64,000 nucleotides of DNA, from positions 40,176,001 through 40,240,000 of the forward strand of contig CM022665.1 in the NCBI GenBank assembly GCA_012295275.1, given 5' to 3'. This stretch comes from Chrysomallon squamiferum (Eukaryota > Animalia > Mollusca). Every line of letters starts with the position of its first letter. Within the stretch, counting starts at the first letter, position 1. A model generated the notes under the pieces. It was not told the origin of the DNA, did not search any database, and saw only the letters and a program-made list of their open reading frames with translations. This document shows positions 41,471 through 56,631 of this stretch, piece after piece. The position numbers were made by a program, and so were the translations under genes.

Positions 41471-44321
41471 CATTATCATCATCATTATCATTATGACAGT
41501 TTTCCAAATTATTTTCTTTCCCCTGTTTTTTTTTTTTTTTTTTTTTTTTTTTGCAAAAATCAAAACTTGGTGTTGAATCTAACTTACCATACATGCAGAT
41601 TTAATTGTCATTGTGTCAGCAGCATACATACCTGCGAGGAAACTGCAGATGGTGGTAAATCCCATAATGCATCTGTAGTAGAGTCCAAGGGCGACATAGA
41701 TGTAGACGGGCAAGACGATGAGTGGAATCGCTACCAAAATGATGGCACAGCTCTCCAAACCTCTCACTGCATTCAGCCAGTCTGAAAAATAAAACAAGTT
41801 GAAATGATATTTGTTGTAATAACAAAAAGAAATGAAAATGAAAAAAAAAAAAAAAAAAAGAAGAAGAAGAAAGTATTATATATGTTGAGAAATTAAAAGA
41901 AATTCCGAAAAGCGACAAAAAACAAGAAGAAGAAAAAAAAAGAAAAGAAAAAAATTTGAAATAATATAGCTAAAAAGATGTGTGTGTGTGTGTGTGTGTA
42001 TGTGTGTGTGTGTTAGTAATCACTGTCCGTTAATATATCTATTCTGAAGTCCTGAGAATATTTGTCTAGTTAAAAAAAAATAATAAAAAATAAATAATAA
42101 TAATAATAAAATAACGTGATCATGTGTATGAGTGTAATAGTTTGTTTGTGTACATATTTATCTACTTATTATCTTATTTATGTATGAATACTAGAATACA
42201 CACACACACACACAAAAAAGATAAAAAGAATAATAACTACAGACATCCATCACTATAACGAAAAACAGAAGCTTATCAAAGTGTCTGATATTAATATTTG
42301 ACTTTAATTGGATGATCATTACCCTGTTATTTTAGCAATGTAATTTTTTTTTTTTTTTTTTTTTATATTTACTATTAAAAATATTTTGTGTATGGGAAAG
42401 ATACTATCATATCATTCATAACAACGACATCATGTAATTTCATTAAAGTAAAATCTATTTTCGACATGTTATTTTTCTTTTTTTTTTTTCATTCTTCTTT
42501 TTTAATTATTAATTGTTTTTATTGTTGTTGCTGTTTTTTCTGTATTTGCTTACATAATTTGACCAACGCGGATACAGTAGGAACAATATGGCCGTGAACT
42601 CGGTCCTAGACTAAATATTTCCGTCATCCTTTCACTGGCTAAGTACTTCCAGTTGTTGTTCACGAAAACCATTGTCCGGCTGTCAGAGGTTTGTCAATGT
42701 AAAATCGCAAGCTGGCTAACAAAATAAATTCACGTCCCATTGTGGTCATTGTCAACGCCATTCTGGTTCTGAAGAGATCAGATTACCATCATAATGGGGA
42801 ATAAATTCTCATAATAAACCATTTAAAGTCTCGTGTGTTCGGTGGCCGGTGATATGTTGCCAATTAGCATACAGGTCACTGGACGCACAAGGTGAGATGA
42901 CGTCACGAGCCGTTTGTGGTCTTTGACTAGACCCCGATTTATTTACGAGTTAAAAGACAACTGCTTAGGATTTCGAATTTACAGAGAGAGCCTCTGAGAA
43001 TTTCAATTAAATTATTCATTATTCGTTTCAGACACTTGTTAAATAGGGTCTTTAAAAATGTTCGACTTGTTTGGGTCCTGCCCATATCTGATGAAGGGAT
43101 GGGGGTTCTTGACAAAAAAGACACCATTACATTATGAAAAGGCACTATTGAAAAATTACACACGGTTCACCTGGACTGTAATATAACAGTGCTACAACAG
43201 GGCCGCTGGCAGAAGTATTGTACAGTGTTCTATACATAGACAGAAATTAAAAAATTAAATAAATTTGTAAAAAAATAAAAACACCTAAAAATAAAAAATA
43301 AAAAAAGGCACTTCTCAAATTTGACGGGGGTCCGGACATCTATGGATCCCCTTCTGGGTCCGCCTCATTTTGATTTTACATACTGATCGATCAATATAGA
43401 TCTTTATCAGTTTGTTTCCCTATACTTTTTTTTTTAGACATGTTGGTTTCCCTGTGGATTATAATAGTATCATCTGAACGTTATATTATTGAAAAAAATG
43501 TTATTTATCTTTCCTTTCCTCATCCTCCTTCCTCTTCTCTCTCTCTCTTTCTCACTTTCTGTCTCTCTGTTTCCGTAAGTGATCCTATCTTTCACTCCTG
43601 GTAACTATTATTATTTTTACTAAAGAAAATCAAGTCCGCAGTGAATACTTTCTCGATGTCAAAATACGTTAAAACAAGCAGGTTTATCAGAAACTTAACT
43701 CAAATAATTACAAATGCAAACGTTAAAAGCAGAACACACTTGTGATTTGTAAATGTAATTTAGCGTTGATCTTCATTTCTCTAAGACTTTAAATGTTTAA
43801 TTAGAATACAGGGTCGTAACGTCAGTGACTTTGAAAGATATATTTAGTACGGGGATAACGACAAAAACGCTTCGTGTTATTATTTATACTCGAGCGTCCC
43901 GTATCATCGCAGAGCTAAATTAAAAGAAATTACATTTCCTTTCTGTGCTGTAATGAAAATTTTAATTATTAGCTAATCTTTATCATATTTATATTATTAT
44001 TTATTTTTTTTTTTAAATTTATTTCAGCAATTATTAGTTTTTCAGTTCTCATCATGCATATATATGCCTTAGAATACATATGTATCTGATGAAACCCAAT
44101 TCTGTTATTGTGTAGGTCTATATCAATCACGTGAGTCAGGCGAAACAACATAAAGATGTTCTGTTCAGAGTAAACATTCGTCAAAGTCGACAGCAGACGA
44201 GTTTTATGTCTTTGTAGTGAGATGACTAATCAAGTAATGATGTCATAAAACATGTTAGCATTCTCCTCACGTCTTTACTCGTTGTACAGTTTCCAGGATA
44301 AGTGCTGGGCTTGAAAATAAC

Positions 44322-44384
<63 letters not shown>

Positions 44385-44576
44385 CACAACTTCAATATAC
44401 AGGTCAAGATACGACAAATAACATACATACACACAGAGACATGTGCAAACATGCTGTTTTAGGTGCACGCATATTTTCCCGTAAACTTCAAAATTGACAT
44501 ACATACAAGTAAAAAAAAAAAAAAAATAAAAAATAAAAAAATAAATAAATAAATAAATAAAACAAAATAAATAAAA

Positions 44577-44611
<35 letters not shown>

Positions 44612-45065
44612 ACAACCGTAACATGAAGATATTCAGATTTGCTAATTTTCTTTCACTTTCCACTTGCTTTTAAATCTTAGATAAAAGCACGCATTTCTAG
44701 GCACCCAGTCAACTGGAAATCGGTAAACCCACCCGAGACTACTGCAAGGCTAAAGACCGACAACTTTGTATCCAAACAGTTTCCCCGTCGGAACTGTTAG
44801 GTGTTTAAACATCTCACCTAGCTAACACAAACTTTATTACATTTTATTTACACACACTCTAACGCCGAAAGCCGGCCAGAATGCTTCAGTGTAGCCAATG
44901 TTTGTTTTAAGTGATCCCACTCAACATAATGACAACAAAGACACGTAAACCGGTTTTGTGTTGTTGTTTTTGTGTTTTTTTTGTCGAAGTGAGTGGTGAC
45001 CAAAACGTTTTTCCTTTTCTATTTTTTATTTTATTTTTATTTTATTTCTATTTTATTATTATTAT

Positions 45066-45104
<39 letters not shown>

Positions 45105-45148
45105 TATTATTATTTTTTATTATTATTATTATTATTTATTATTATTAT

Positions 45149-45189
<41 letters not shown>

Positions 45190-46053
45190 TTTCATGAAAT
45201 ATTTTTTTCTTCGAGGTCAATAATCAGTGGTTTACTTTTAAACAAAGAACCGAGGAAATGTGCTTTTAAACTGTTGTTCATTTGGTATATTTCACGTTCC
45301 AACTAGTACTCACGAGAGGTATAGTTTTGGTGTTGGTTTTTTGTTGTTGTTTTTTTCCTGTTCTAAACGATTCCTAACTGTTAATCTGTGGTTTTTGGCA
45401 CTGGCAGGGCGTTTCCTTTTATTTTCAAAGAGGTACAAGGCATGTTTAACACAATAATGGAAAATAGCTGTCAGTATTATAAAACTGATTGTAAGATAAA
45501 TTATAAATATTAAAAAAAGGTTAGTGTCGTTAAGCAAATTATAATGTATTAATTCAGAAATGAGCAATTATGTTTAAATACAAAATATTTTTTAATAATA
45601 AATAAATAAATAAATAAATAAACGAAACAACAACAACACATCGGTCTAAATTCAAATATCATAACTGTGAGTGTTGTTTAACAACATTTCACGGATCACT
45701 GAATACAGTTTACACTATGTCACAGATGACTGAATATTCTGATACACTTTTAAAATCATAACTAACCATCGGTTTTAAAATGTGACAGTGGTATGAAGCT
45801 GTTTAATTGCTTCTGTCTTAAAATAATGAATGCATATTTATTTAACAACCCGTAAACATATTTCGATATTAAAGATCATTGTATGTCAAACGTATTTGGG
45901 TTTTGTGCGCTTTAATAATGATACGAAATCCGTTGCTTCACCTCACTGAATTACATTCGTCGATTAATAACAATGAATATTTAATTTGCACTATCACATT
46001 TGGTATTACTGCTTCATCGTGATGGCAATGAATCTGATAAAACATTAATAAAA

Positions 46054-46087
<34 letters not shown>

Positions 46088-47729
46088 TAAAAGAAAGAAA
46101 ACCCCAACAACAAAAACAAAACAATACAATTTGAACGTTTTGTTATTTTTATTATTATTATTCTTGTTATTATTGTTATTATTATTGTTATTATTATAAT
46201 TATTACTGATATTATTATTATTATTATTATTATTATTGTTATTGTTATTTATTTTTTTAAATACCTTTAGCACTATATGAAACTTATTTGTTTCTTCAGA
46301 TGAATCATATTTTTGATTTTGTAGAAGTATTACAGTATTAAACAGTTCGCATGAAGGATAACAGGTGGGCTTAAAATACCCACCTGGTTAGTTATTTAGT
46401 GCGTGGGTGTTCTCCAGTAAACCCTACTGCATCAGCAACAACGACCACAGACGTTAAAAAAATGTCCATACTCGCCTGATTAAAGTAGCAACGCCCTACA
46501 CTCCCGCCGAATCTGTGACAATAAACTTTAACGCGAGCAAAGCTAGAGGCGTTTTTTTTTTTCTCTCTCTCTCTTCTTGTTCAGCAATACGAATAAAAAC
46601 AGAGTTTATATTATTATGTAAAAAGTGAAATGTATATACTTTATTATCGTGCGTATTAATTAAATTATATAATTATAGTCGAAGGGTGTAATTATAGTTA
46701 GGTAGCAAGCGTTGTATTGTGTTGTTACAAATACGTCCGCACAACAACAGCCAATAGAAAATAGTTCTTCATCAAACGTCATCTTTTCTGTAAAAAGTTG
46801 TTTTGTAATTTAATAACGTCTTGTATAAGGAATAAGATCGAATTATATTCTGATAAGCAAACAAACGTACTGTCAGATATTTAGAAGAATATTTTAATAT
46901 CTTTGAAGTCAGATAGCTAATATTATTCGTACTGTCTTAACATTCATCTAGATAACAGCGTGTTTAGAAAATGTCAAAACTTATACCTTTCACTGAATTG
47001 AAATACAGACCAGTTTAAACCGAGAATACTCAAAACCTAGATACAGTCTGTTTGTTAGTATATTTCAAATTGAAAAAATAGATACCTATTTATACAAACA
47101 GTGAGACATAAATTTAATTTTCTTGAAATTAAAGCATTGAAAAGTCTTTTAAATTCAGTATACTTCAAACTGAAATACAGATACCTGTTGTTGAAAATAT
47201 TAAGGTATTAAATGCATCATACTTCTTTATTTTTTTTATATGAATTGTGAGCCTGTACGCCGAAAGGCTTAAAACTAATAAAAAAAATAAAAATACAAAG
47301 CAATACAGGACTTCAAACCGAAATGGGAATTTTTTTTTTTTTTTTTTTTTTTTTACGTAATTGTATAACTATTAGAGTAATTTTTAAAGTCACGCTAAAG
47401 CTACACACCCGTTGAATTGATTGACAATTTTTGACGCATTAGAAACAATCTCCCAGGGAAACCACTTTTCGTGATTTTTATCAGGGGGCAGGTGGTGTAA
47501 ACAGTTTTGTTTATCATCTGCAAAAGCCTGCAAAACTGGTTAACAAGAAAAAGAAGAAAAAAAAAAAAAAAAAAATCCATGCATAGAACACGAATAGTTT
47601 ATACAGGTGTGCCTTGTCTTGTCGTTTATTCACGATCTGGAGCATGAATCATTTTATATTGAGAAAATGAATCAGAGCGGATCAACATTTACCTGGGAGA
47701 GTGCGAGAGTTTAGAGTGATGTAAATATC

Positions 47730-47795
<66 letters not shown>

Positions 47796-48782
47796 CGAAG
47801 AGTAGAAATTAATAGTGGTTATAAAACTGAACGAATATAGAGCATTCCTGTATCAGATCAGTGTGTAATCGGACTAGGTCTTCTTAAATGTTTCAATGTA
47901 GAGATTGTGATTTGATAATCCTTATAGATGTAGATTCACCCCTCGGGATCCGTCCGTTTGAAATATATTTTAAATAATAAAATGTAAAATTTAGCTTGCG
48001 TTTTTTTATTCTTTTTATCTGATTTATTTTAATTTTAATAATGTCTTAAATATCTATCTATCTATCTATCTAGCTAGCTAGCTATCTACACACCCCACAC
48101 ACACACACACACACACATAATATATTATTTTTAATATTATTGTTGTTGCTGTTATTAGTATTTTATATATCTATATATATATGGTATATATATATATATG
48201 TATATAAGATCTATTAGTTTACCGAAAATGGTCCTCTGTAATCATATATGAAAGAAATACAAATGTTATACAGTTAGATAAAGAAAATTTCTCTTTGACT
48301 GTTAAACACATTCAAACTGCGATGAGTGACCATCACGCACCGCTGCCCACTAACGGGAAAATTAATGTTGCTGAAATCAGACCATGTAGTTGTGTAGACA
48401 GTAGCCGTTGTTAACGTATTAAACGTCAGTCAAGTGGCAGATATTCTTATTAAAAATGTCCGAAACATAAATTTAGTTGTTCCGCTTCTGGTATTTGGTT
48501 GCTAATTGACATCAACCGGAGAGTTAATGCTTCGAAGTAACTTTTTAGGAGAGATAGTTAAATCTTTTATAGAATTAACTGTAACTGTTATAGTAACAAA
48601 GGAATGTAAGCATTTAGTGTATAAAACAAAGTTATTACTGTTGAAAGAAGAGAGAAAAAGAAGAGAGAAGCGAGATGGACAAATTAGTGATGTTACAGTC
48701 GTAACTTTTAATTTACAAATAAAAATGAGTGCAAAAAGTTTTACGATTTTAACAAGACTATTTGATTTTAAAATTACTGGCT

Positions 48783-48852
<70 letters not shown>

Positions 48853-49058
48853 CGTCGTTGTTGTTGTTGTTGTTGTTATTATTGAAATAGGCAACGTCTA
48901 TAAACAATTTTAATAGTGGTTATTCTGCTGAAAATAGGTAAAAATGTGCTACTTTGTAACATTTATATTATAAATAAAATAAAATAAAATAAAATATATA
49001 TAATACATTAATTATTGCGGAGATAAAGAAGCTAAGAAAAAGTGAAAGATAGAAAATG

Positions 49059-49131
<73 letters not shown>

Positions 49132-49548
49132 AATGATGAAGAAAAAGAAACCGAAAATAAAATGCAAATCACGTTATATTTCAGACTGGGAAGATAAAAT
49201 GGGAACAAAAGAAGAAACTAACTAATCTAATTTAATCTAATCTCTTCAGCTTCCACTGTGCTAGTCCTGAGGCACTTTTGAAAAAAAAAAAAAAAAAACG
49301 CACACAAAATACATCTACACGTTCACAGTGCTGTACTCACCTTCGACATACCAAGGGTAATCCCATCTCCAACATCGAACGTGTTCAGTAGTGCACTTCG
49401 TTTTTCTCCACAGACCAAAAGACTCCCCAGAAACATCAGACGATGACCAGTAAGGCGCAGCGAAGGAAAGAATCTGCATTATTTCTGCTGCCAAAAGAGC
49501 TATGCACGCAATGAAAGGTATAGCGGCGGATCCAAAAAGACTCGCCAT
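40792..49548 (-). CDS. PMP22/EMP/MP20/claudin-superfamily tetraspan membrane protein A, 3 coding exons, 224 aa
   Basis: Exons 49548-49341 (TM1, APYW...SFGLWRKTKC.......C, the W-GLW-C-C signature), 41781-41632 (DWLNAVRGLE, TM2, start of TM3) and 41108-40792 (end of TM3, VSWCL TM4, cytoplasmic tail). Both introns are phase 1, GT-AG; total 675 nt. Confidence 0.88.
43325..43366. mobile_element. Possible MITE terminal remnant
   Basis: GGGGGTCCGGAC...GGATCCCCTTCTGGGTCCGCCTC resembles the GGATCCGCC-type termini of small non-autonomous DNA elements. No partner end was identified. Confidence 0.3.
44325..44380. repeat. (AG)n microsatellite (others at ~49061-49128, 57696-57747, 59279-59357; (CT)n at 26307-26356 and 62603-62696)
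   Basis: Directly visible pure dinucleotide runs. Confidence 0.95.
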
Positions 49549-49554
49549 AACGAA

Positions 49555-49585
<31 letters not shown>

Positions 49586-50215
49586 TTGTTTTGTTTAAAT
49601 AAATTTTAAACCAAACTGTCAGAGTAGAAGATAACAACTTACAAAACGACTGCTACTCCCACTTCAGCTTTTTTTTTTTTTTTTTTTTAAATTTCAGACC
49701 GAAGACAGCGAAACAACAGTAAAAAGTGTTCTACGGTTGTTGAGCAGCAGCATAGGTTCCCTGTGTTTAAAGTTGGTCGCGACCACGTATATAAAATGAT
49801 AAGAAAAAAAAAAAAACCTGACGAGCAAGTTTTGCGAGAGAATGATAACTATGCTATGCGGGTCGGTCTCTCTAGTTCGCCATGAGAAATATTAATAGTA
49901 AACCATTGATAAAACGTGGACAGGCGGAATCTTTTCAAAGCGGACGTTCAAAAAGATTCACGTCACATTAAATAAAAAGGACTGAATACATTAAAAAAAA
50001 AAAAAAAAAAAAAAAAATCCTTTAGCTAGGTGTTGAAAAGAAACGATTTACATTCTCATTATCCTTGTTAGATATATACGTATATCTCCGTGCTACATAG
50101 TTTGTTACATAGACACTGCCGTCTGGCAAGAAGTTAATATTAAAATTAATGTTATGCTTAGAAAGGTTTAATATTTTCATGTTTTGTTTCTGTTTCTTAT
50201 GTTCGTGTGTGTGTG

Positions 50216-50255
<40 letters not shown>

Positions 50256-51808
50256 GTGTGTGTGTGATACAAGATATATTGTCGTACTTTTTTTTTTATA
50301 TAAAAATGACATAAATTATTTCACATAATCTCATCATTTATTTATTAAATATATGTAGGTATGTGTTTGTATGTATGCATGTTTTATGTGTATATATGTA
50401 TATTCATGTACGTGTGGTATTTATGCAGCTGAGTCGGAAGGTGGGAAGCTACTGAGGCAGGTAGGTACGTACGTACGTACTTAATTTATGTACCTCCGTA
50501 CGTACGCACGCACGCACACACGCATGGTGCGCACACTTATCCCAGAGGATTTCTCTCTAATTCTCTGAAATATTAAGCAGGATCCTACTCTTTTCAGAAA
50601 ATGAGAAGTTCTTACTATGTTACATACTACATAGCTTCCATTCCAAATCCCATCTTATTAGTGTAATTATTGGAAAAATATTGTTCAGTATACTTCAGTA
50701 TTTTGTAGATTTTTTTTTTTTTTTTTTTTTTTTTTGGTATATCCTACAACTATTAATTGCAATAAAAAACATACCCTCGAGTTTTATTATTTGTTATTTT
50801 TAATCATAATTAAGAAGGAGCGGATTAACTTTGTGACGAATCTGCAAGATCGCCCATTCTGGTATGATATATACTAGCATATTTTTCTTCTTAGAAGTAA
50901 TACTGTTTTGAAAGATAACGCTTTGACGTGGACCCTTTAAGCCATATGCTTGAAGAAAGAATACGTCGAACGTAGAATGTATTAACATACAGTAACTGAG
51001 AGATTGATTTTCAGTTTATAATGCCTTATTGCCCTTCATGCAGTTATTTTGTTGCATCTTCGTAAAGAGACCTTTTTGCTGATTGCTTTTTAGCAGTGGG
51101 GTTTCTACTCAAACTGTGATACGTTCAAAATATCATGATAAAGGATTCTGTGTGGTTAAATGGAGTTATGACTGAAAAAACACAGATATTGTTCAGTGAT
51201 GTACTTAAGGTGATAGTGAGAACAGTTCGAGTTAAAATGTACTGAATTACTTAGAAATGATGGCGATCGAATATACAGTTCTAGTTTTGTATTAAATGTT
51301 AGTTTATACATAGGTGTAGTTAATTGGTATTAAATGTTTTTGCCTCCATAGGTTTATAAGTGTATTAAAATAAATAACTTATTTATTTTAACTATTTAAA
51401 CGTTTAAAAAAAAATTAAAAATTAAAAAAAATAAAACATAATAATAATAATAATTAAAAAAAAGAGAAGTAAATAAATATATAAATAAGTATATAAATAA
51501 GTATATAAATAAAATAAAATAAAGAAATTAATGTAAGATTTCATCATAATATCCAGAACTGTATACATATGTATGTATGTATGTGTGTGTATATATACTG
51601 TAAAATAAAATAAATAAAACAATAACAACAAAAGCAAATTCATTCAGTTAACAGTTTATTTTAAAATTCTTTTCAAAAGTGTGCATAAATTATAAGACAT
51701 ATAGCAATATTATTTCAGTTTGGATAAAATAAAAGAAACAAATATTCTAATTGTTAAAATGAAGTATAATCTCAGTAAAATTGTTTTATTGTTTGTTTGG
51801 TCTTTTGT

Positions 51809-51852
<44 letters not shown>

Positions 51853-52513
51853 ATAACATTTTAAAATAAACTGTCTATCATTGGCAGAACAATAAACAAT
51901 TACGCACTATAAACGAACCAGAAAGACTGAGCCCTGAAATTTTTATTTGTTTTTGATCTGTCACTCTTGCTATATTATTATTAATTTACTGACATTTAAA
52001 TAAATTCCTAAACCAGAACATTTTAATTTAGGGGGTGTAATTCTGGTTAGGATTGCTGTGTTTAAAGTTTAAATACATTTTTTATTTATTTATATTATTA
52101 TTTTTTTTATAAAGTTTCAATAGAAAATAATTCAACCCAGTTTAGACAATTATGGATAGACTGCTTTTCAGTAGCAAATAATTCAACATAAAAGAGCATA
52201 TAAATACTTTAAAAGACAACTTTAAAATTTTTAATCTTCTCCCAGAACCATGTTTTTCTGTAACTAGATCTAAGAAACAATATATAAATATAATTAAAAA
52301 AATAATAATAGAAAACCAAACAAATAAATAAATAAAAATGTTTAAACATTCCAGATTTCTGTCATTACTTTCTTCTTATCATTTTTTTAAAATTAATTTT
52401 GACTTCTTTCAAAATTCCAATGTTGCACATTTGTATTTGTTCATCCATTCAAATTATTATGCATGATTTTAAAAGCTATAATGCCTTCATTTTTCAAAAA
52501 TGTATTTTTTCAT

Positions 52514-52547
<34 letters not shown>

Positions 52548-53480
52548 ACAATAAAGTGTAACACAAATGGAAAACTGAAATGTCATAACTGCACACCTCT
52601 AAACTTGAGTCAAAAACTAAATTTTAGCCAAGACTAACACAGTATGAATGAATACATGATACAGAGGTATACTGGAACACAGATTACATTATCAAGATGT
52701 GAAATTGTTATGAAGTCTGAATTATAAAACAGCCATGGTTGTCATGCAAGCAATTTTTCTACTGTACAGAAATGTGACACTGTTAGTGTGGCATAATCAC
52801 TGTTCTCACAGAGACAGAAATACAACACGTCTGTGGCTCTTGTAGTACGAAACTGTAATACAGTCATGTGCCACAGATGCAGAACATTCATTTCATATAT
52901 ATATATATATGTATGTCACAGACTGACAGAGAAAAAACTGCGACTTTGATGAGACTTATTTATGTACATTTAATGAAACCCAGCACAAAAATAAAATTGA
53001 CCACTGGGTGGCATTCAAAGTGTCAAAAAACAAAAACGACAGTCACAGAGGCAGAACTGTCACAGATAGAAGTATCACACATCTATATATGACAGACAGA
53101 GAGGCTGATATCACTATCCGAGATAGAAATGTAATAAAGATATGAAGTGCGACACAGATATATGACTGTCAAAGAGGCAAAACTTACATGACGTCACATA
53201 CAAGCCTGGCTCTCAAGTATTACATACGTGTCTGGTTGTTAATAGTAAAGTAATCTTCATGTGTCTTTGCTGTCTGTCACAAAAGACAGGCAGACACATA
53301 CACATAGAGAGTTGTCATGTGGATGGAACTGCTACATGTGTAGAAGAACTATCACATTATGCAGGCTGTCATGAAGAAAGAGTAAGGATGGAAAATGTGA
53401 CAATGGAAGAACTGATGCGTACAATGTGTGTTCAGGTCTCTTACTGTTTATAGACTTATCATCCAAAAGATGGAATCCTA

Positions 53481-54645
53481 TCATAGAGATATAGCCGGCA
53501 CCTGCATCAGAAATATTCCAGCTAACATTTCACACAAACAGGCAACTCCTGCTGAGACCGCTGACCAGGAAATCTGTGGATGCACCTGGCTAGATTCATC
53601 AAGTTTTGCATAAAACATGACCAGACTGGAAGAGATGGCAAATCCTGCAAAACATAAAAATACACAAATAATGTTTTTGGAAAAAAAATGAAAGAAGCAA
53701 AATCACATTTAAAAGAAAAACAAATTATTTGGATGCGTTATTCTTAAAATTAAAGCTGATATAAATGTCATGAATGTTATTATAAAACATATCACCCAGA
53801 CAGTTGTTTAGCTACTGAAGTAAATATTCTTACTTCTAATTATTCCGTTGTAAAAGGTTATGTGCTTTTGAATTATTAATATACCAATAATATTTGCAGG
53901 GATAGATATAAATGTCAGCCAGAAAAATTACTGCTTAGGATTTCAAAGTGTGAGAGGGATTCCATGAGTTACAATTCAATTACAATTATTACACATACTC
54001 TCTGACGTTTTCAATAGATCAGGACCTCACCATATCTAAATCCAGTCCTAAATATTTATTTTAAAGACAAGATAACATCATTAAATATCCTAAAAAAAGA
54101 TTTCTTTCTTTGAAGTTTATAGAAATTCAGATTAGAAGGATGGTTTTAATATTAAAATTATTAGTGTTGATAAAAAACCGATTCTCAAATTCCAGGACAG
54201 AAATAAATACCAGTTTAAACATTTTAAATCTTATTAGTGCTCTGAGACATTTTATTAGTAGGAAAAGACTGAAAAAAGATAGTCTCTGGAATAATGCAAT
54301 GACTTTCTTCGTTTGTAAAGAAATAAAACTCTTAGAATCATCATTTGCCATTAATATATGACTCACAGAAGTAACATGTAAAACTGATTAATATTAAAAT
54401 ATCGGAGGTGTAATAAGAAATAAAAGTATAGCATACCTGAAAATAAACAGACTGTTGCTATGGTGAAATTTCTTTGATTTTTAATAAGATTTTTAGGCAA
54501 AAATTTATCTAGTCGTGTTGAGAGCAGCATCATCAAAGACAATATCAAGCTGATCCATCCAAGTAAACTCAGAACTTGCAAAACGTGATACCAGACTAAA
54601 ACAAATAAATAAATAATACAATAGTAAAGTATTAATTTATAAACT

Positions 54646-54680
<35 letters not shown>

Positions 54681-55145
54681 TAAATTCAAAAATATTTTAA
54701 GAAAGTGAGTTTTCATAGATCACTGATGATTTAGAAATCTAGTGAGCTGACTGCTGATGCATTTTTTTTTTTTTTTTTTTAAATTCTAGAACTTCTGTGT
54801 AATAAATCACAAATCTTTATTTAAGTAATCTGAAATTTATATCCTCAGTTTGCCTTTGAATGCATGCACAAATATTTCCACACCCAGTTAAAGATTATTC
54901 AGCTAATATTAAAAGCTGTATGAAAAAGACAAAAAAACAACAAACAAACACAAACACAAACCAGGTTCTTCAGAATGAAAAGCTGGAATGATCTGACATC
55001 TGAGGTAATCACAGAATTCAACCCACCACAACCCATACGACGTGTGTGGAGGAAGTTCGAACCATGCATGAGTGACGGCAGCAAGCGTGTACAAAATATT
55101 GGCTGGAATCACCAGGTAAAGAGCCTTGCCTTCTGCAGAAGGCAT
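53481..55145 (-). CDS. PMP22/EMP/MP20/claudin-superfamily tetraspan membrane protein B, 3 coding exons, 168 aa
   Basis: Exons 55145-54962 (THAWF...SYGLWWVEFCDYLRC), 54595-54437 (VWYHVLQVLSLLGW...TVCLFS) and 53644-53481 (GFAISSSLVMFY...ISWSAVSAGVACLCEMLAGIFLMQVPAISL*; not in the ORF track). Phase-1 GT-AG introns at the same positions as gene A; total 507 nt. An acceptor at 55192-55191 implies an unlocated upstream non-coding exon. Confidence 0.88.
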
Positions 55146-56406
55146 TAGACATGTATCAGGGCGTTCCCCAAGTCATGATCTTAGATAAACCTAAAAAAAA
55201 AAAAAAAAAAAAAAATTTTTTAAATATTTAAATCAGTTCATGAATATGGTGAAAACTTGATTGTTGATAAATAAAATAATTTTGAAACACATTATTATTG
55301 TTACAGCCGTAACTCGGTGTAAAGCGCTTTAGAATTTTATACATATTTTTATCTACATTTAAGCTCAACGGATCATGATCAAGTTTCAAGGATTCAAAAT
55401 GAAGTTTCAGTTTTGTTTATAATTATTGTTTGTGATGTAAATTTAACACAAAACGAAACATTCAAATAAGAATGCGAATTTCCGAATATTTTATTCGAAA
55501 CGAAAGTATAAATAAAAGTAACATTTAGACATGGCACATTAAATGAAATCCAATAAGGTTTATATGGGACAAAAAGAAAATAATATTTCTCACTGCTGTC
55601 TATCTATTCTTACCAGTAAACATGATTGGTATTGTTGACAGTGCTACGCTTCAACAAGGTAGTTGAAAGTTTTCAAAACAAGTTACCGAAGACTAGTCTC
55701 AAAAACAGTTAAGGGGCAATAACTCTTTTCAATTCGTTTATCGTGGTCTTTCACAACAGATTAATTTTTAAAAGATCTTATAATGAAATAAAATATATTT
55801 ATATAAAAGTAGAATAAATTCATGTAAAAATATAAAGATGAATTATGCTAGTAGGTATGTGCATATAGATATATTTATTTACTTACATACATACCATGAT
55901 ACCTAAAGACTTATTTATTTAAATAAATCAAAATCAAGCAGGACAATAATTATAACAAAAGTATAATGGATTTATTCCTTTCTAAAGTTAAACAAAGATT
56001 TTAACAGTATATTATCTTTAATTAATTATGTTGATATGTGAGAAATTTTAGTAAGAAACAGCCGTTTATTCTTGTTTTCTGAGTATTTAATATTTAACAA
56101 TTAATCGCCATGCAAATTAAGAGACTAACACCGGACTGCTGAATGTTTCGAAATCTTCCGTGTCTGTTACTTCCAGTAACTGATGTTTATTTTAACCATG
56201 ATATACTTGTTTATCTGATACAATATATATGTTTTAAATTTGAAAAACAAATAACATACAAATATATTTATTTCTTTCTTCTTTACTTACTTAGTTATTG
56301 CTTTTAAAGTTATTTTAATATTATTTTTGATTTTCGATGGGTAGTCTTAGGATTAAAATAATAACAGATTAATAATTTTTTTATTTATTTATTTATTATT
56401 ATTATA

Positions 56407-56460
<54 letters not shown>

Positions 56461-56470
56461 GTTATTGTTA

Positions 56471-56508
<38 letters not shown>

Positions 56509-56511
56509 GTT

Positions 56512-56549
<38 letters not shown>

Positions 56550-56631
56550 TCGTTCCAAACAATACCTGATATTTTGTATTACAAAAAACAAGATGGTGTT
56601 GCATAATGTATTTCATAATGAAAACTGTTCA

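Noticed and set aside
48502-48913. Overlapping 130/135-aa ORFs on both strands
   Set aside because: Extended by (ATT)n(GTT)n repeats, no recognisable domain, and intronic.
53259-53613. Plus-strand ORFs of 64 and 61 aa
   Set aside because: Antisense to the last exon and 3'UTR of claudin-like gene B.
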